A stretch of 64,000 nucleotides of DNA, taken from positions 480,001 to 544,000 of the forward strand of contig CAWIIB010000001.1 in the NCBI GenBank assembly GCA_963836075.1, read 5' to 3'. Positions 38,991 through 48,522 of the stretch are shown here, piece by piece (position 1 is the first letter of the stretch; the number at the start of each line of letters is the position of its first letter). A program made the position numbers and the translations under genes. The notes under the pieces are model-generated. The model did not search any database and was not told the DNA's origin. It saw only the letters and a list, made by a program, of their open reading frames with translations. This stretch comes from an uncultured Acidobacteriota bacterium. Lineage in GTDB: Bacteria; Acidobacteriota; JAQAZP01.

Positions 38991-39761
38991 TCAGCCGCTG
39001 GCCCCAGCAACTATCTTCCACGCCACCAGGGCCAGGGCGTGGTGCACGTTCATGGAACGCTTGAAGCCCTGCATGGGGATGGTGACGATCTCGCCGCAGC
39101 AACCCCGAACCTCACGGGCCAGGCCGTAGGTCTCGTTGCCCAGGACCAGGACGGCTGATTCGGGCGGGTTCCACAGGTGCAGCGGTACGGCATCCGGGTC
39201 GTTCTCCACCCCCACCACAGGACGATCAGCCTGCCGCAGATACCCGGGCAGGTCCTCCTCGCAACGCACCGGTATCCAGTGCTCGCAGCCCCGGGCGGCC
39301 CGGCGCAGCCTCGGGTGGTCCAGGCGCAACCAGGGCGAAGCGTGCACCAGCCCCTCCAGGCCGAAGTTGTCGATCAGCCGCAGCACGGAACCGACGTTGA
39401 ACGGGCTGCGCACCTGGTCCAGGGCCACCCCAACCGGAAAGCGCGGCTCCCAGGAGACGGCTCGTTCCACGTTTTCCAGCGGTCCCTCGTTTTCCTCCGG
39501 GGCCCCCAGACGGAGGTGAAAGCCGGCGTATTCATCCAGCGCCTCCAGCGGATTCAGCCATGACGGCGCAATGAAACTGTCCAGTTCGGACCAGGAGTGC
39601 ATGAGCCGGTAGCGCTGGTGAAAGTCATCGACGATCCCCGGCGTCCCCTCCCCTGCCGCTTTCTGGGCATCCACGGCCAACTCAGCCAGCAGGCGGTGCT
39701 GTGCGGCGGAGGAAAGCTTGCTGAATTTGCGCTGCCCCACTGTCCATGCCGATTTCTCCAT
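38991..39761 (-). CDS. TrmH/SpoU family RNA methyltransferase
   Basis: DQVRSPFNVGSVLR, VLGNETYGL, IPMQG..SMNV. Start at MEKSAW. Confidence 0.85.
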   Translation of the reverse strand: MEKSAWTVGQRKFSKLSSAAQHRLLAELAVDAQKAAGEGTPGIVDDFHQRYRLMHSWSELDSFIAPSWLNPLEALDEYAGFHLRLGAPEENEGPLENVERAVSWEPRFPVGVALDQVRSPFNVGSVLRLIDNFGLEGLVHASPWLRLDHPRLRRAARGCEHWIPVRCEEDLPGYLRQADRPVVGVENDPDAVPLHLWNPPESAVLVLGNETYGLAREVRGCCGEIVTIPMQGFKRSMNVHHALALVAWKIVAGASG

Positions 39762-39881
39762 CCCTGCTCCTCCGTCGATGCCTGCTGTGCTCCTCCGGGC
39801 CACCATACCACCTCTGTCCCAGGGGTCCAATATCCCGTTTGATTGACTCTCTCCGGCCCTCCTGCATATCATGGGCTCCTG

Positions 39882-41660
39882 ATGATTAATGGTAAAACCA
39901 TCATCGCCGGAGCCGGCCCGGCCGGTTTGACCGCGGCCCACCTTCTGGTGCGCAGCGGAAATCAGCCGCTGCTGCTGGAACAGCGTGACCGGGTGGGCGG
40001 TATCGCCTGCACTGAGGAGTACAAAGGGTTCCTTTTCGACATGGGCGGTCACCGCTTCTTCTCCCGGCGCGCCGCGCCGCAGGAGATCTGGGACGAACTG
40101 CTGGGTGACGACTTCCTGACCCGCGAACGGCTCTCCCGCATCTTCTACCAGGGCAGCTTCTTCGACTACCCGCTGCGCGCCTGGAACGCCCTGGCCGGCA
40201 TCGGCCCGGCAGGGGCCATGGCCGTGACAGCCAGCTATCTGCGCTGGCGCATCTTCCCCTACGAGAATGTGGAAACCTTCGAGCAGTGGGTCACCAACCG
40301 CTTCGGCCGCAAGCTGTTCAACACCTTCTTCAAGAGCTACACCGAAAAGGTCTGGGGCATCCCCTGCGACCAGCTGCAGGCCGAGTGGGCGGCCCAGCGG
40401 ATCCGCGATCTCTCGCTGCGCAAGGCGATCCTCGGCATGTTCACCCCGGAGCAGAACCGGGCGCGGACGCTGATCGACAGTTTCCGCTACCCCCGCCGCG
40501 GCCCGGGCATGCTCTGGGAGGCGATGCAGCGCTCGGTGGAGGCCGGCGGCGGCACGGTGCGGCTGGGCTCCCGGGTGGAGGCCGTCCACCACCACCAGGG
40601 CCGGGTCACCGGGGTGACGGTGCAGCGCAATGGCACCACGGAAGAACTGCCCGCGGAACAGCTGATCAGCAGCCTGCCGGTGACCTCGCTGGTCAAACGG
40701 CTACACCCTGCCCCGCCGCCTGAAGTGCTGGGGGCCGCGGACCGCCTGAAGTATCGCGATTTTCTCACGGTCTGCCTCATCGTGGACCAGGAGGACGTCT
40801 TCCCCGACCAGTGGATCTACGTTCACGATCCCGGGGTGCGCATGGGGCGGATCCAGAACTACCGCAACTGGAGCCCCGAGATGTGCCCCGAGACGGGACG
40901 CACCGGGCTGGGCCTGGAGTATTTCTGCAACAAGGGGGACGATCTCTGGTCCATGCCGGACGACGAGCTGGTGGCGCTGGGCACGACTGAGCTGGACGGT
41001 ATGGGACTGGTACCCGAGGAGTTGGTCAGCGACGCCACGGTCTACCGGGTGCCCAAGGCCTACCCGGTGTATGACACCGGATACGCCGGGGCGCTGGATG
41101 TGCTGCGCGTGTATCTCGAACGATTCCAGAACCTGCAGACCATCGGCCGCAACGGCCTGTTCCGTTACAACAACATGGATCACTCCATGCTCACCGCCAT
41201 GGTGGCCGTTGACCGGCTGGGCGACGGCGGCAGCGGAAACGTCTGGAGCATCAACGATGAGCAGACCTATCACGAGTCGGGCCCGCGGGAAGCGGATGAC
41301 GAGGGTGAGCAGTCCATGGCCATGGCCCTGGAATCGGTGTTCCAGCGGCTGGACAGCGTGGCCCTGGGCGGCGCCCTGGGCCTGATGGGCGGCGCACTGA
41401 TTTTTCTGCTGACGCTGCTACAGCTGATCCTGGGCGGCGGCGGTGAATTGGCCCCGCTGAACCTGCTGAGCCAGTATCTCCCGGGATTCAACGTGTCGGC
41501 CTTCGGGTCGCTGCTGGGGCTGTTCTATGGTGCGGTGGCAGGTTTCGTCCTCGGCTGGTCCGTGGCCACCATGAGGAACATCGTCACCGCCCTGGTCTGG
41601 ATGGGGCTGGGTTTCAAGGCCGGAAGACCGTTTGGCGGCACGTTTCTGGATTACATCTGA
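39882..41660 (+). CDS. FAD-dependent oxidoreductase (UDP-galactopyranose mutase/HemY-like) with C-terminal membrane domain
   Basis: GAGPAGL, DMGGHRFF, YTEKVWG, FRYP, AYP, GRNGLFRYNNMDHS. Confidence 0.8.
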   Translation: MINGKTIIAGAGPAGLTAAHLLVRSGNQPLLLEQRDRVGGIACTEEYKGFLFDMGGHRFFSRRAAPQEIWDELLGDDFLTRERLSRIFYQGSFFDYPLRAWNALAGIGPAGAMAVTASYLRWRIFPYENVETFEQWVTNRFGRKLFNTFFKSYTEKVWGIPCDQLQAEWAAQRIRDLSLRKAILGMFTPEQNRARTLIDSFRYPRRGPGMLWEAMQRSVEAGGGTVRLGSRVEAVHHHQGRVTGVTVQRNGTTEELPAEQLISSLPVTSLVKRLHPAPPPEVLGAADRLKYRDFLTVCLIVDQEDVFPDQWIYVHDPGVRMGRIQNYRNWSPEMCPETGRTGLGLEYFCNKGDDLWSMPDDELVALGTTELDGMGLVPEELVSDATVYRVPKAYPVYDTGYAGALDVLRVYLERFQNLQTIGRNGLFRYNNMDHSMLTAMVAVDRLGDGGSGNVWSINDEQTYHESGPREADDEGEQSMAMALESVFQRLDSVALGGALGLMGGALIFLLTLLQLILGGGGELAPLNLLSQYLPGFNVSAFGSLLGLFYGAVAGFVLGWSVATMRNIVTALVWMGLGFKAGRPFGGTFLDYI

Positions 41661-41681
41661 ACCACCGCACCGGAGGGACCG

Positions 41682-41996
41682 ATGCACGACAATCAATCCT
41701 CTGCCGGCAGGACGCTTGAACTGCGCATCTACCGTATGAACTCGCTGGTCAACGGTGTGGTCTTCGGCATCATCTGCGGCACCGCGCTGTTTTTGATGAC
41801 CGCGTGGCTGCTGCTCAAGGGAGGCGAGGTGGTGGGCCCGCACCTGTCCCTGCTGGGCCAGTATCTGCCTGGTTACGCCGTCAGCTGGGCCGGCAGCCTG
41901 CTGGGCCTCTTTTACGGGCTGCTGCTGGGGTTCATCATCGGCTTCGGCGCGTCCTGGCTCTACAACCTGATCTGCCGGCTGCGCCGGGGAGAATGA
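41682..41996 (+). CDS. Small membrane protein homologous to the C-terminal domain of the upstream oxidoreductase
   Basis: LSLLGQYLPGY.VS..GSLLGLFYG matches LNLLSQYLPGF.VS..GSLLGLFYG; GGAGG RBS. Confidence 0.8.
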   Translation: MHDNQSSAGRTLELRIYRMNSLVNGVVFGIICGTALFLMTAWLLLKGGEVVGPHLSLLGQYLPGYAVSWAGSLLGLFYGLLLGFIIGFGASWLYNLICRLRRGE

Positions 41997-42020
41997 CCGC
42001 CGGACAGGAACCGGAACACC

Positions 42021-42476
42021 ATGGACCGCAAAGCAAACCACAACCTGCCGGCCGGACGCCTGATGGGCCTCGATTACGGCGCAGCGCGCATCGGCGTGGC
42101 GCTCACCGACGAGCAGTGCCTGGTGGCCATGCCGCTGCTCACCATCGAAAGGATGAACCGCCGTCACGACCTGGACCGCATCCGCGAGCTGGTGGCCGAG
42201 CACCAGGTGGCCGCTCTGGTGGTGGGTGTCCCCTACCAGCTGGACGGCAGCACGGACCAGCAGGCCGAGCGGGCGCTGAACTTCGCCCGCCGCCTGGAGC
42301 GCCGCCTGGAGGGCGTGCCGGTGATCACCTGGGACGAACGGTTGACCACCAGGCAGGCCGAACGGGCCCTGCTGGAGGGCGGCGTGTCGCGCAAGGGCCG
42401 GCGTGTCGTGGTGGACCAGTTGGCCGCCACCCTTATTCTCAACAGTTATCTCGAAGCCAGGCAGAGCCATGACTGA
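42021..42476 (+). CDS. yqgF: YqgF/RuvX family nuclease
   Basis: GLDYG..RIGVA, VVG.P, DERLTT, VDQLAA..IL. Confidence 0.92.
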   Translation: MDRKANHNLPAGRLMGLDYGAARIGVALTDEQCLVAMPLLTIERMNRRHDLDRIRELVAEHQVAALVVGVPYQLDGSTDQQAERALNFARRLERRLEGVPVITWDERLTTRQAERALLEGGVSRKGRRVVVDQLAATLILNSYLEARQSHD

Positions 42477-43530
42477 TCCTTCGCCAGCTGACCGACCCCG
42501 CTCACGAAAAATGCTGCGCCATGTTGCGAACCTGCTGCTGCTGCTCCTGGTTGCCCTGGCCCTGACCTGGGCCTGGAACGACTTCAACGGCAAGAGGATG
42601 ATCAGCGCCCCCGGTGCGGAGGCCGTGGAGGTGACCATCCGGCCCGGCTCCTCGGCGGGGGCCATCGCCTCCACACTGCAGCGCCACGGCGTTCTGTCCC
42701 GCCCCTTCTGGTTCCGTCTGCTGGTGGAAGTGAAGGGCGTACAAGGACAGTTGAAGGCCGGCACCTACCACTTCCAGGGCGAAATGAGCTGCGCCGAGGT
42801 GCTGCAGGCCCTGCTGGCCGGCCCTCCATCAACCGACCGGCAGGTGACCATCCCCGAAGGCCTCACCGTCCGGGAGACCATCCACCGCCTCGCCCAAGCC
42901 GGTCTCGGAAGCACGGAGGGGTTCGAGCAGGCGATCCTTGAAGTGATGCCACTGGTTCATGGGTTTGATCCGGCTTCCGAAGATGCCGAGGGCTACCTCT
43001 TCCCCGACACCTACCGCTTTGCCGAAACCTGGACCGAACGCCTGATCATCCGCACCATGGTCTACCGCTTCCTGGACAGCGCAACGCGCACCGTGGGGCA
43101 AACACCCGGCGGGCCGGACCTGCGGCGGGCAGTGACCCTGGCCTCGCTGGTGGAAAAGGAGACCGGGGTGGACACCGAGCGGGCCCTGGTGGCCGGTGTC
43201 TTTGCCAACCGGCTGCGGCTGGGCATGCGGCTGCAGTGCGACCCCACGGTGATCTACGCCCTGCGCCGTGAGGGGCGCAGGGTCCCCCGGCTGCTCCGCT
43301 CGGACCTGGAATTCGACTCGCCCTGGAACACCTACCGCTACGCCGGCCTGCCGCCGGGCCCTATCTGCTGCCCTGGAAAGGCCGCCCTGCAGGCCGCCTG
43401 CCGGCCCGCCACCACCCGCTACCTCTACTTCGTGGCCAACGGACGGGGCGGACACAGCTTCTCGGCCACCATCGCCGAACACAACCGGGCCGTGGCCCGC
43501 TACCGCGCCTGGCAGCGGCAGAACAGCTAA
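42469..43530 (+). CDS. mltG: Endolytic transglycosylase MltG
   Basis: TIPEG, EGYLFPDTY, ASLVEKE, LQCDPT, SPWNTY...GLPPGPI. Confidence 0.93.
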   Translation: MTDPSPADRPRSRKMLRHVANLLLLLLVALALTWAWNDFNGKRMISAPGAEAVEVTIRPGSSAGAIASTLQRHGVLSRPFWFRLLVEVKGVQGQLKAGTYHFQGEMSCAEVLQALLAGPPSTDRQVTIPEGLTVRETIHRLAQAGLGSTEGFEQAILEVMPLVHGFDPASEDAEGYLFPDTYRFAETWTERLIIRTMVYRFLDSATRTVGQTPGGPDLRRAVTLASLVEKETGVDTERALVAGVFANRLRLGMRLQCDPTVIYALRREGRRVPRLLRSDLEFDSPWNTYRYAGLPPGPICCPGKAALQAACRPATTRYLYFVANGRGGHSFSATIAEHNRAVARYRAWQRQNS

Positions 43531-43533
43531 AAA

Positions 43534-43701
43534 TGGGGACAGTTACCTTTATCCGTAAGGCATTTAAATTGTTTAGGATTGGATTATTGGGGACAGCTGC
43601 CCGGCTAACTGATTCATTCATCATTCAGAAACAGGCAGCTGTCCCGGTAAATTTTATTGTCTTTATTTAAGGTGCCTTACGGATAGAGGTAACTGTCCCC
43701 A
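43534..43701. repeat. MITE/REP-like element with ~36-bp terminal inverted repeats and nested 12-bp inverted repeats
   Basis: TGGGGACAGTTACCTTTATCCGTAAGGCA pairs with TGCCTTACGGATAGAGGTAACTGTCCCCA; inner GGGACAGCTGCC / GGCAGCTGTCCC. Confidence 0.8.
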
Positions 43702-43710
43702 ATCCTTTTC

Positions 43711-43739
43711 TTGACATGGGGGGGAAGTGTTTATACTAT
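43711..43739 (+). promoter_or_regulatory. Sigma70-type promoter for ribBA
   Basis: TTGACA-N17-TACTAT. Confidence 0.6.
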
Positions 43740-43838
43740 CTCTCTCTTCTATAATGGTTTGACTCGTTTGCTGATCATTTGCCATTTTGCCGGTGGTTAC
43801 GGGACGGGTACTGGGAAACAACGGGACAGCACCGACCG

Positions 43839-45050
43839 ATGAAGGACAACGTTTTTGCTTCCATTGAAGAAGCCATCCAGGATATCCGCGACGGAAAGAT
43901 GGTCATCGTCTGCGATGACGAAAACCGTGAAAACGAGGGAGATCTGACCCTCGCCGCGGAAAAGGTAACTCCGGAAGCGATCAACTTCATGGTCAAGCAC
44001 GGGCGCGGGCTGGTCTGCCTGCCGATGACCGAGGAGCGCTGTGACGAGCTCGACCTGCCGCTGATGGTCCACGACAACACCAGCCGCTTCGAGACCGCCT
44101 TCTGCGTCTCCATCGAAGCGCGGCACAAGGTCTCCACCGGCATCTCGGCTGCCGACCGCTCGGCCACCGTGCTCACGGCCATCAACCAGGACACCAAACC
44201 CTCCGACCTCGCCCGGCCGGGACACATGTTCCCGCTGCGGGCCAAGTCCGGCGGCGTGCTCCAGCGCACCGGCCAGACCGAGGCCGCGGTGGACCTGGCC
44301 CGCATGGCCGGGCTCTACCCCGCCGGCGTGATCTGCGAGATCATGAACGAGGACGGCACCATGGCCCGGGTGCCCCAGCTCGACGTTTTCGCCCGGGAAC
44401 ACGGGCTGAAGATAATCACCGTGGCCGACCTGATCACCTACCGCCTGCAGCACGAATCGTTCATCCGCAAGGTGGCCGAGCCCAAACTTCCCACGCCGGT
44501 TGGCGACTTCAAGATCATCGCCTACGAGAGCGTGATCGACGGCGTCTACCACGTGGCACTGACCATGGGCGACATCCTTGCCGAAGAGCCGATCCTGGTG
44601 CGGGTGCACTCCCGTTGCCTCACCGGTGACGTCTTCGGCTCGCTGCGCTGCGACTGCGGCGACCAGCTGGAAACCGCCCTGGCCAAGATCGCCAAGGAAA
44701 AGCGCGGGGTCTTCCTCTACATGAACCAGGAGGGCCGCGGCATCGGCCTGCTGAACAAGCTCAAGGCCTACGAACTGCAGGACGGGGGCAAGGACACGGT
44801 GGAGGCCAACGAGTGCCTGGGATTCAAAGCCGACCAGCGGGACTACGGCATCGGCGCCCAGATCCTGCGCAAGCTGGGCCTGGGCAAGATCCGGCTGCTG
44901 ACCAACAACCCCCGGAAGTATATCGGGCTGGCCGGCTATGGCCTGGAGATCGTCGAGCGGGTACCCATCGAGATTCCGCCGTGCAGTGACAACGAAAAGT
45001 ACCTGCGGACCAAGAAAGAAAAGCTCGGTCACCTGCTCAAATCGGTGTAA
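43839..45050 (+). CDS. ribBA: Bifunctional DHBP synthase / GTP cyclohydrolase II
   Basis: [46 protein letters not shown]. Confidence 0.96.
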   Translation: MKDNVFASIEEAIQDIRDGKMVIVCDDENRENEGDLTLAAEKVTPEAINFMVKHGRGLVCLPMTEERCDELDLPLMVHDNTSRFETAFCVSIEARHKVSTGISAADRSATVLTAINQDTKPSDLARPGHMFPLRAKSGGVLQRTGQTEAAVDLARMAGLYPAGVICEIMNEDGTMARVPQLDVFAREHGLKIITVADLITYRLQHESFIRKVAEPKLPTPVGDFKIIAYESVIDGVYHVALTMGDILAEEPILVRVHSRCLTGDVFGSLRCDCGDQLETALAKIAKEKRGVFLYMNQEGRGIGLLNKLKAYELQDGGKDTVEANECLGFKADQRDYGIGAQILRKLGLGKIRLLTNNPRKYIGLAGYGLEIVERVPIEIPPCSDNEKYLRTKKEKLGHLLKSV

Positions 45051-45092
45051 GCACCGAACCGGACCGGGCCGGCCTCAACCCAAGCGACTGCC

Positions 45093-45407
45093 ATGACCTC
45101 AGTTCCGGAGACCAGCCAGTCGATCGGTCCGTTCATCGAAGCGCCCTCTGCTTCGCTCCCTCCGAATCTCCGGCACATCGAGCCGATCATCTACGCCGAC
45201 ATCTTCGACTACCCCCTCACGCTGGAGGAGATCGTCGAGCTGCGGCAGCGACGCAAACAGAGCAGCCTGGAGATCTGGAAACGGGCCCGCCAGGGCCGGG
45301 AGCTGCGCTTCCACGGCCTGCACCACCGCAGGCTGATCCGTAAAGCCCTCGAGCGGCGGGTCGACCGGCTGAGCAGCCTGCTCTCCGTGCAGAGGGCCAC
45401 CGGATGA
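45093..45407 (+). pseudogene. Probable internally deleted remnant of an uncharacterised protein
   Basis: YADIFDYPLTLEEI and ELRFH resemble, from recall, the N- and C-terminal motifs of a longer family; here only 104 aa. Confidence 0.45.
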
Positions 45408-46225
45408 ACCGTTGCCCCACTGCCGGCGGATTCGACGCTCTGGCCCCGGGGTATGACGACGACTTCGGAGCCAACCCGGTGGGCCACTGGATGCGCCGGC
45501 GCACCTGGGAGCGGATGGACGCCTCTTTCCCGCCCTGCTCGTCAATCCTCGAGATCGGCTGCGGCACCGGCATCGACCTGGTGCGCCTGGCCGGTCAGGG
45601 GCACCGGGTCACCGCCGTGGACATCTCCCCGGCCATGGCGGCCGCGGCCAGGAAAAAAGCCGCCGAACACGGGCTTGAGGAGCGGGTCACCGTTCTCTGC
45701 GCCGACCTGAACTCCGGCCCCCTGCCCGAGGAACTGGACCAGGCCGGGCCGCACGACGGTCTGCTGTCCAATTTCGGCGCCCTGAACTGCGTGGAGGATC
45801 TGCCGTCCCTCTCCGCCCGCCTGCACCGCCTGGTCAAACCGGGGGCACCGTTCCTGGCCTGCCTGATGACCCGCCCCTGCCCCTGGGAAATGCTCTGGTT
45901 TCTGCTGCGGCTGCAGCCCGGCGAGGCCTTCCGGCGCTACCGGCGCGGAGGAGTGGAGGTCACCCTGGGCCAGTATGCGGTGCCAACGTTCTACCACAGC
46001 GCCGGCGGGTACGGACGGGTCTTCTCCGGGCAATTCCAGGTCCACCGCTTTCTGGGCCTGGGCGTGGTGCTGCCCCCGCCCTACCTGCAGGGCCTGGCCC
46101 ACCGCTTTCCGCGGCTGTTCCGCCTTGCCGCCCGCACCGAGACCAAGCTGGCCGGCCACTGGCCCTTCTCCCGGGCCGGCGACCACACCCTGCTGGAGAT
46201 GACCGCACTGGGGGCGGGGCCATGA
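45404..46225 (+). CDS. Class I SAM-dependent methyltransferase
   Basis: FD.LA..YD, LEIGCGTG.D, VDISPAM, SNFGALNC. Confidence 0.88.
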   Translation: MNRCPTAGGFDALAPGYDDDFGANPVGHWMRRRTWERMDASFPPCSSILEIGCGTGIDLVRLAGQGHRVTAVDISPAMAAAARKKAAEHGLEERVTVLCADLNSGPLPEELDQAGPHDGLLSNFGALNCVEDLPSLSARLHRLVKPGAPFLACLMTRPCPWEMLWFLLRLQPGEAFRRYRRGGVEVTLGQYAVPTFYHSAGGYGRVFSGQFQVHRFLGLGVVLPPPYLQGLAHRFPRLFRLAARTETKLAGHWPFSRAGDHTLLEMTALGAGP

Positions 46226-47439
46226 CCCGCGCCCGCCCTCAAACCTGGCACGGTGGGATGATCCTGCTTCCCGGCGGGCCGGCCAGGGCACACCTGGTGC
46301 TCCGCCGGGGACGGATCCGCAAGATCGTTCCCGGCAACAGGCCGGCCCCCGGCAGCAGGAACGAGTTCGGCATGGCCGAATTCCTTGTCCTCCCGGGCCT
46401 GATCAATGCCCACGACCACCTCGATTTCAACTGCTTCCCGCCCTGCGGACCTCGCCGGCCTTACCGCAACGCCGTCCAGTGGTACGAGGACGTGCGCTCC
46501 GCCGACTATGCCGCCACCCGGCGCGCGGTGCGGTCCCTGCCCCGCAAACTGCGCCTGCTGGCCGGGGGATTCAGGAACCTGCTCTCCGGGGTCACCACCG
46601 CGGCACACCACAACCCGCCGGTCCGTTACCTGCACCGCCGCCGGTTTCCGGTGCACGTGCCGCGCGGTATCGGCTACTGTCACTCCCTGGCCACTGACCC
46701 GCGTCCCACTGACTCTTTGCCCCGTGACCGTGGCCGGCCCTGGGTGATCCATGCCGCCGAAGGCACTGATCGGGCAGCCGCCGCCGAAGTGGCGCGGTTG
46801 CAGGAACTGGGCTGCCTGAGGCCCGGATCGGTGCTGGTGCACTGCCTGGGCATCGATCGGGCAACCGATCCGGAGATTCTCTCCGCCAGCGGGGCCGGCA
46901 TGATCTGGTGTCCGGGGTCCAATGATTTTCTCTACCAGGCCGTCGCGCCGGTGCGGCAACTGCTGCCGCAGACCACGGTGGCGCTGGGCACCGACTCCGC
47001 CATCAGCGGAGGCGGCACCATGCTGGACGAGCTGCGGGCGGCACGGAAAGCCGAACCCGGCCTGGCGCTGCGCATGCTGCTGGAGATGGCCACCATGGCC
47101 GGCGCCCGGCTGTTTCAGCTGGCCCCGGGCCGGGGTGAGATCACGGCTGGCTCCGTGGCCGACCTCGTGCTCTTCCGGCTGCCCGCGGACCCCGGCGCCG
47201 ACCCGCTGCTGGCGCCCTTCGAAGCGGTGCGGCCCTCGCTGGTGGTGCGGGACGGTATCCCCCTGGTGGGCGACGCTTCATTCCACCTGCTGATGGATGT
47301 CCTGGGCCTGTCGCCGGTGGAGTTCGAGCTGGACGGCGCACCCATGGTCATGCCCCGGCGGCTCCACCGGCGCTTTGCCAGGGTGGTCAAGGGCACCACC
47401 GGGCGGCCTCCGTTTTTCGATGCGGTGCGGATCCGTTGA
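46222..47439 (+). CDS. Amidohydrolase family protein
   Basis: PGLINAHDH, IHAAEG, VH, CPGSN, LGTDS, G..ADLV. Confidence 0.88.
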   Translation: MTRARPQTWHGGMILLPGGPARAHLVLRRGRIRKIVPGNRPAPGSRNEFGMAEFLVLPGLINAHDHLDFNCFPPCGPRRPYRNAVQWYEDVRSADYAATRRAVRSLPRKLRLLAGGFRNLLSGVTTAAHHNPPVRYLHRRRFPVHVPRGIGYCHSLATDPRPTDSLPRDRGRPWVIHAAEGTDRAAAAEVARLQELGCLRPGSVLVHCLGIDRATDPEILSASGAGMIWCPGSNDFLYQAVAPVRQLLPQTTVALGTDSAISGGGTMLDELRAARKAEPGLALRMLLEMATMAGARLFQLAPGRGEITAGSVADLVLFRLPADPGADPLLAPFEAVRPSLVVRDGIPLVGDASFHLLMDVLGLSPVEFELDGAPMVMPRRLHRRFARVVKGTTGRPPFFDAVRIR

Positions 47440-47512
47440 CACCCCGGCCGCGCCCTTCCCTGTAATATTGAACCCGGCGGCCGGCGCCGGCAAGCCAAGG
47501 AGTTTCCAGGCC

Positions 47513-48511
47513 GTGCCACAGACAGACCCGCAAATCTCGGTGGTCATCCCGGCCCACAACGCCTCCCATACCATCGTCCGGGTGCTGGAGGCCCTGCTGG
47601 CCAGCGTGGACGTTGCGCCGGAGGTAGTGGTGGTGGACGACGGCTCCACCGACCAAACAGCCGCCCTGGTGGAGCGTTTCCCGGTGACCCTGATCCTCCG
47701 CACCGTCTGCGGCGGTCCCGCGGCAGCCCGCAACCAGGGGGTGGCCGCTGCCGCGGGACACGTCGTGGTTTTCATCGACGCCGACGTGGAGGTGGGCTCC
47801 CACACGCTGGCCCGGATCAAGAGCTACATGGCTGAGCACCAGGAGGTGGACGCCATCTTCGGCTCCTACGACAGGTCCCCGGCGGGCCGGAGATTTATCT
47901 CGCGCTACCGCAACCTGATGCACCACTTTGTCCACCAGCGGGGCAGTGTGGACGCCGGGACCTTCTGGTGCGGCTGCGGCGCGGTGCGCCGGGAGGTCTA
48001 CCTCGAACTGGGCGGCCTGCGGGAGGACTTTGCCCGGCCCTCCATCGAGGACATCGAGTTCGGGGCCCGTTTGGACGCGGCGGGCCACACGATCCACCTG
48101 GTGAAGGAGATCCAGGTCAAGCACCTCAAGCAGTGGTCTCTTTGGCAGATGATCCGCACCGATTTCCGCGACCGCGCCATCCCGTGGACCCTGCTGTTAC
48201 TCAGCGGGAAATGCCGCCGGTGGGACCTCAACCTCCAGCTGCGGCACCGGGCGAGCGCCGCGGCCACCTTTGGCGGGCTGGCCTCGCTGGTGCTGGCCCT
48301 GGCGGTCCACCCGCTCTTCCTGCTGCCGCTCATGGCCTGCGCCCTGGTCTTCCACCTGGTGAACCGGGACCTTCTCCGCTTTTTCGTGCAGAGCGAGGGT
48401 CTGGGCTTCGCCCTGCTGACCCTGCCCTTCCTGCTGCTCTTCTATGTCTATTCCAGCCTGGCCTTCGGCACCGCTCTCCTGCTCCACCTCTTCGGCAAAC
48501 GTCTCGGGTGA
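47513..48511 (+). CDS. GT2 glycosyltransferase with C-terminal TM helices
   Basis: SVVIPAHN, VDDGSTD, ARN.G, FIDAD, IEDIE. Confidence 0.88.
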   Translation: MPQTDPQISVVIPAHNASHTIVRVLEALLASVDVAPEVVVVDDGSTDQTAALVERFPVTLILRTVCGGPAAARNQGVAAAAGHVVVFIDADVEVGSHTLARIKSYMAEHQEVDAIFGSYDRSPAGRRFISRYRNLMHHFVHQRGSVDAGTFWCGCGAVRREVYLELGGLREDFARPSIEDIEFGARLDAAGHTIHLVKEIQVKHLKQWSLWQMIRTDFRDRAIPWTLLLLSGKCRRWDLNLQLRHRASAAATFGGLASLVLALAVHPLFLLPLMACALVFHLVNRDLLRFFVQSEGLGFALLTLPFLLLFYVYSSLAFGTALLLHLFGKRLG

Positions 48512-48522
48512 CGGAGGTCCGC

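Noticed and set aside
38991-40595. 534-aa ORF as a single protein
   Set aside because: Its N-terminal half is antisense to the flavoprotein; only the part from 39761 has TrmH motifs.
43531-43838. FMN riboswitch upstream of ribBA
   Set aside because: No RFN consensus seen; the structure is a palindromic repeat upstream of the promoter.
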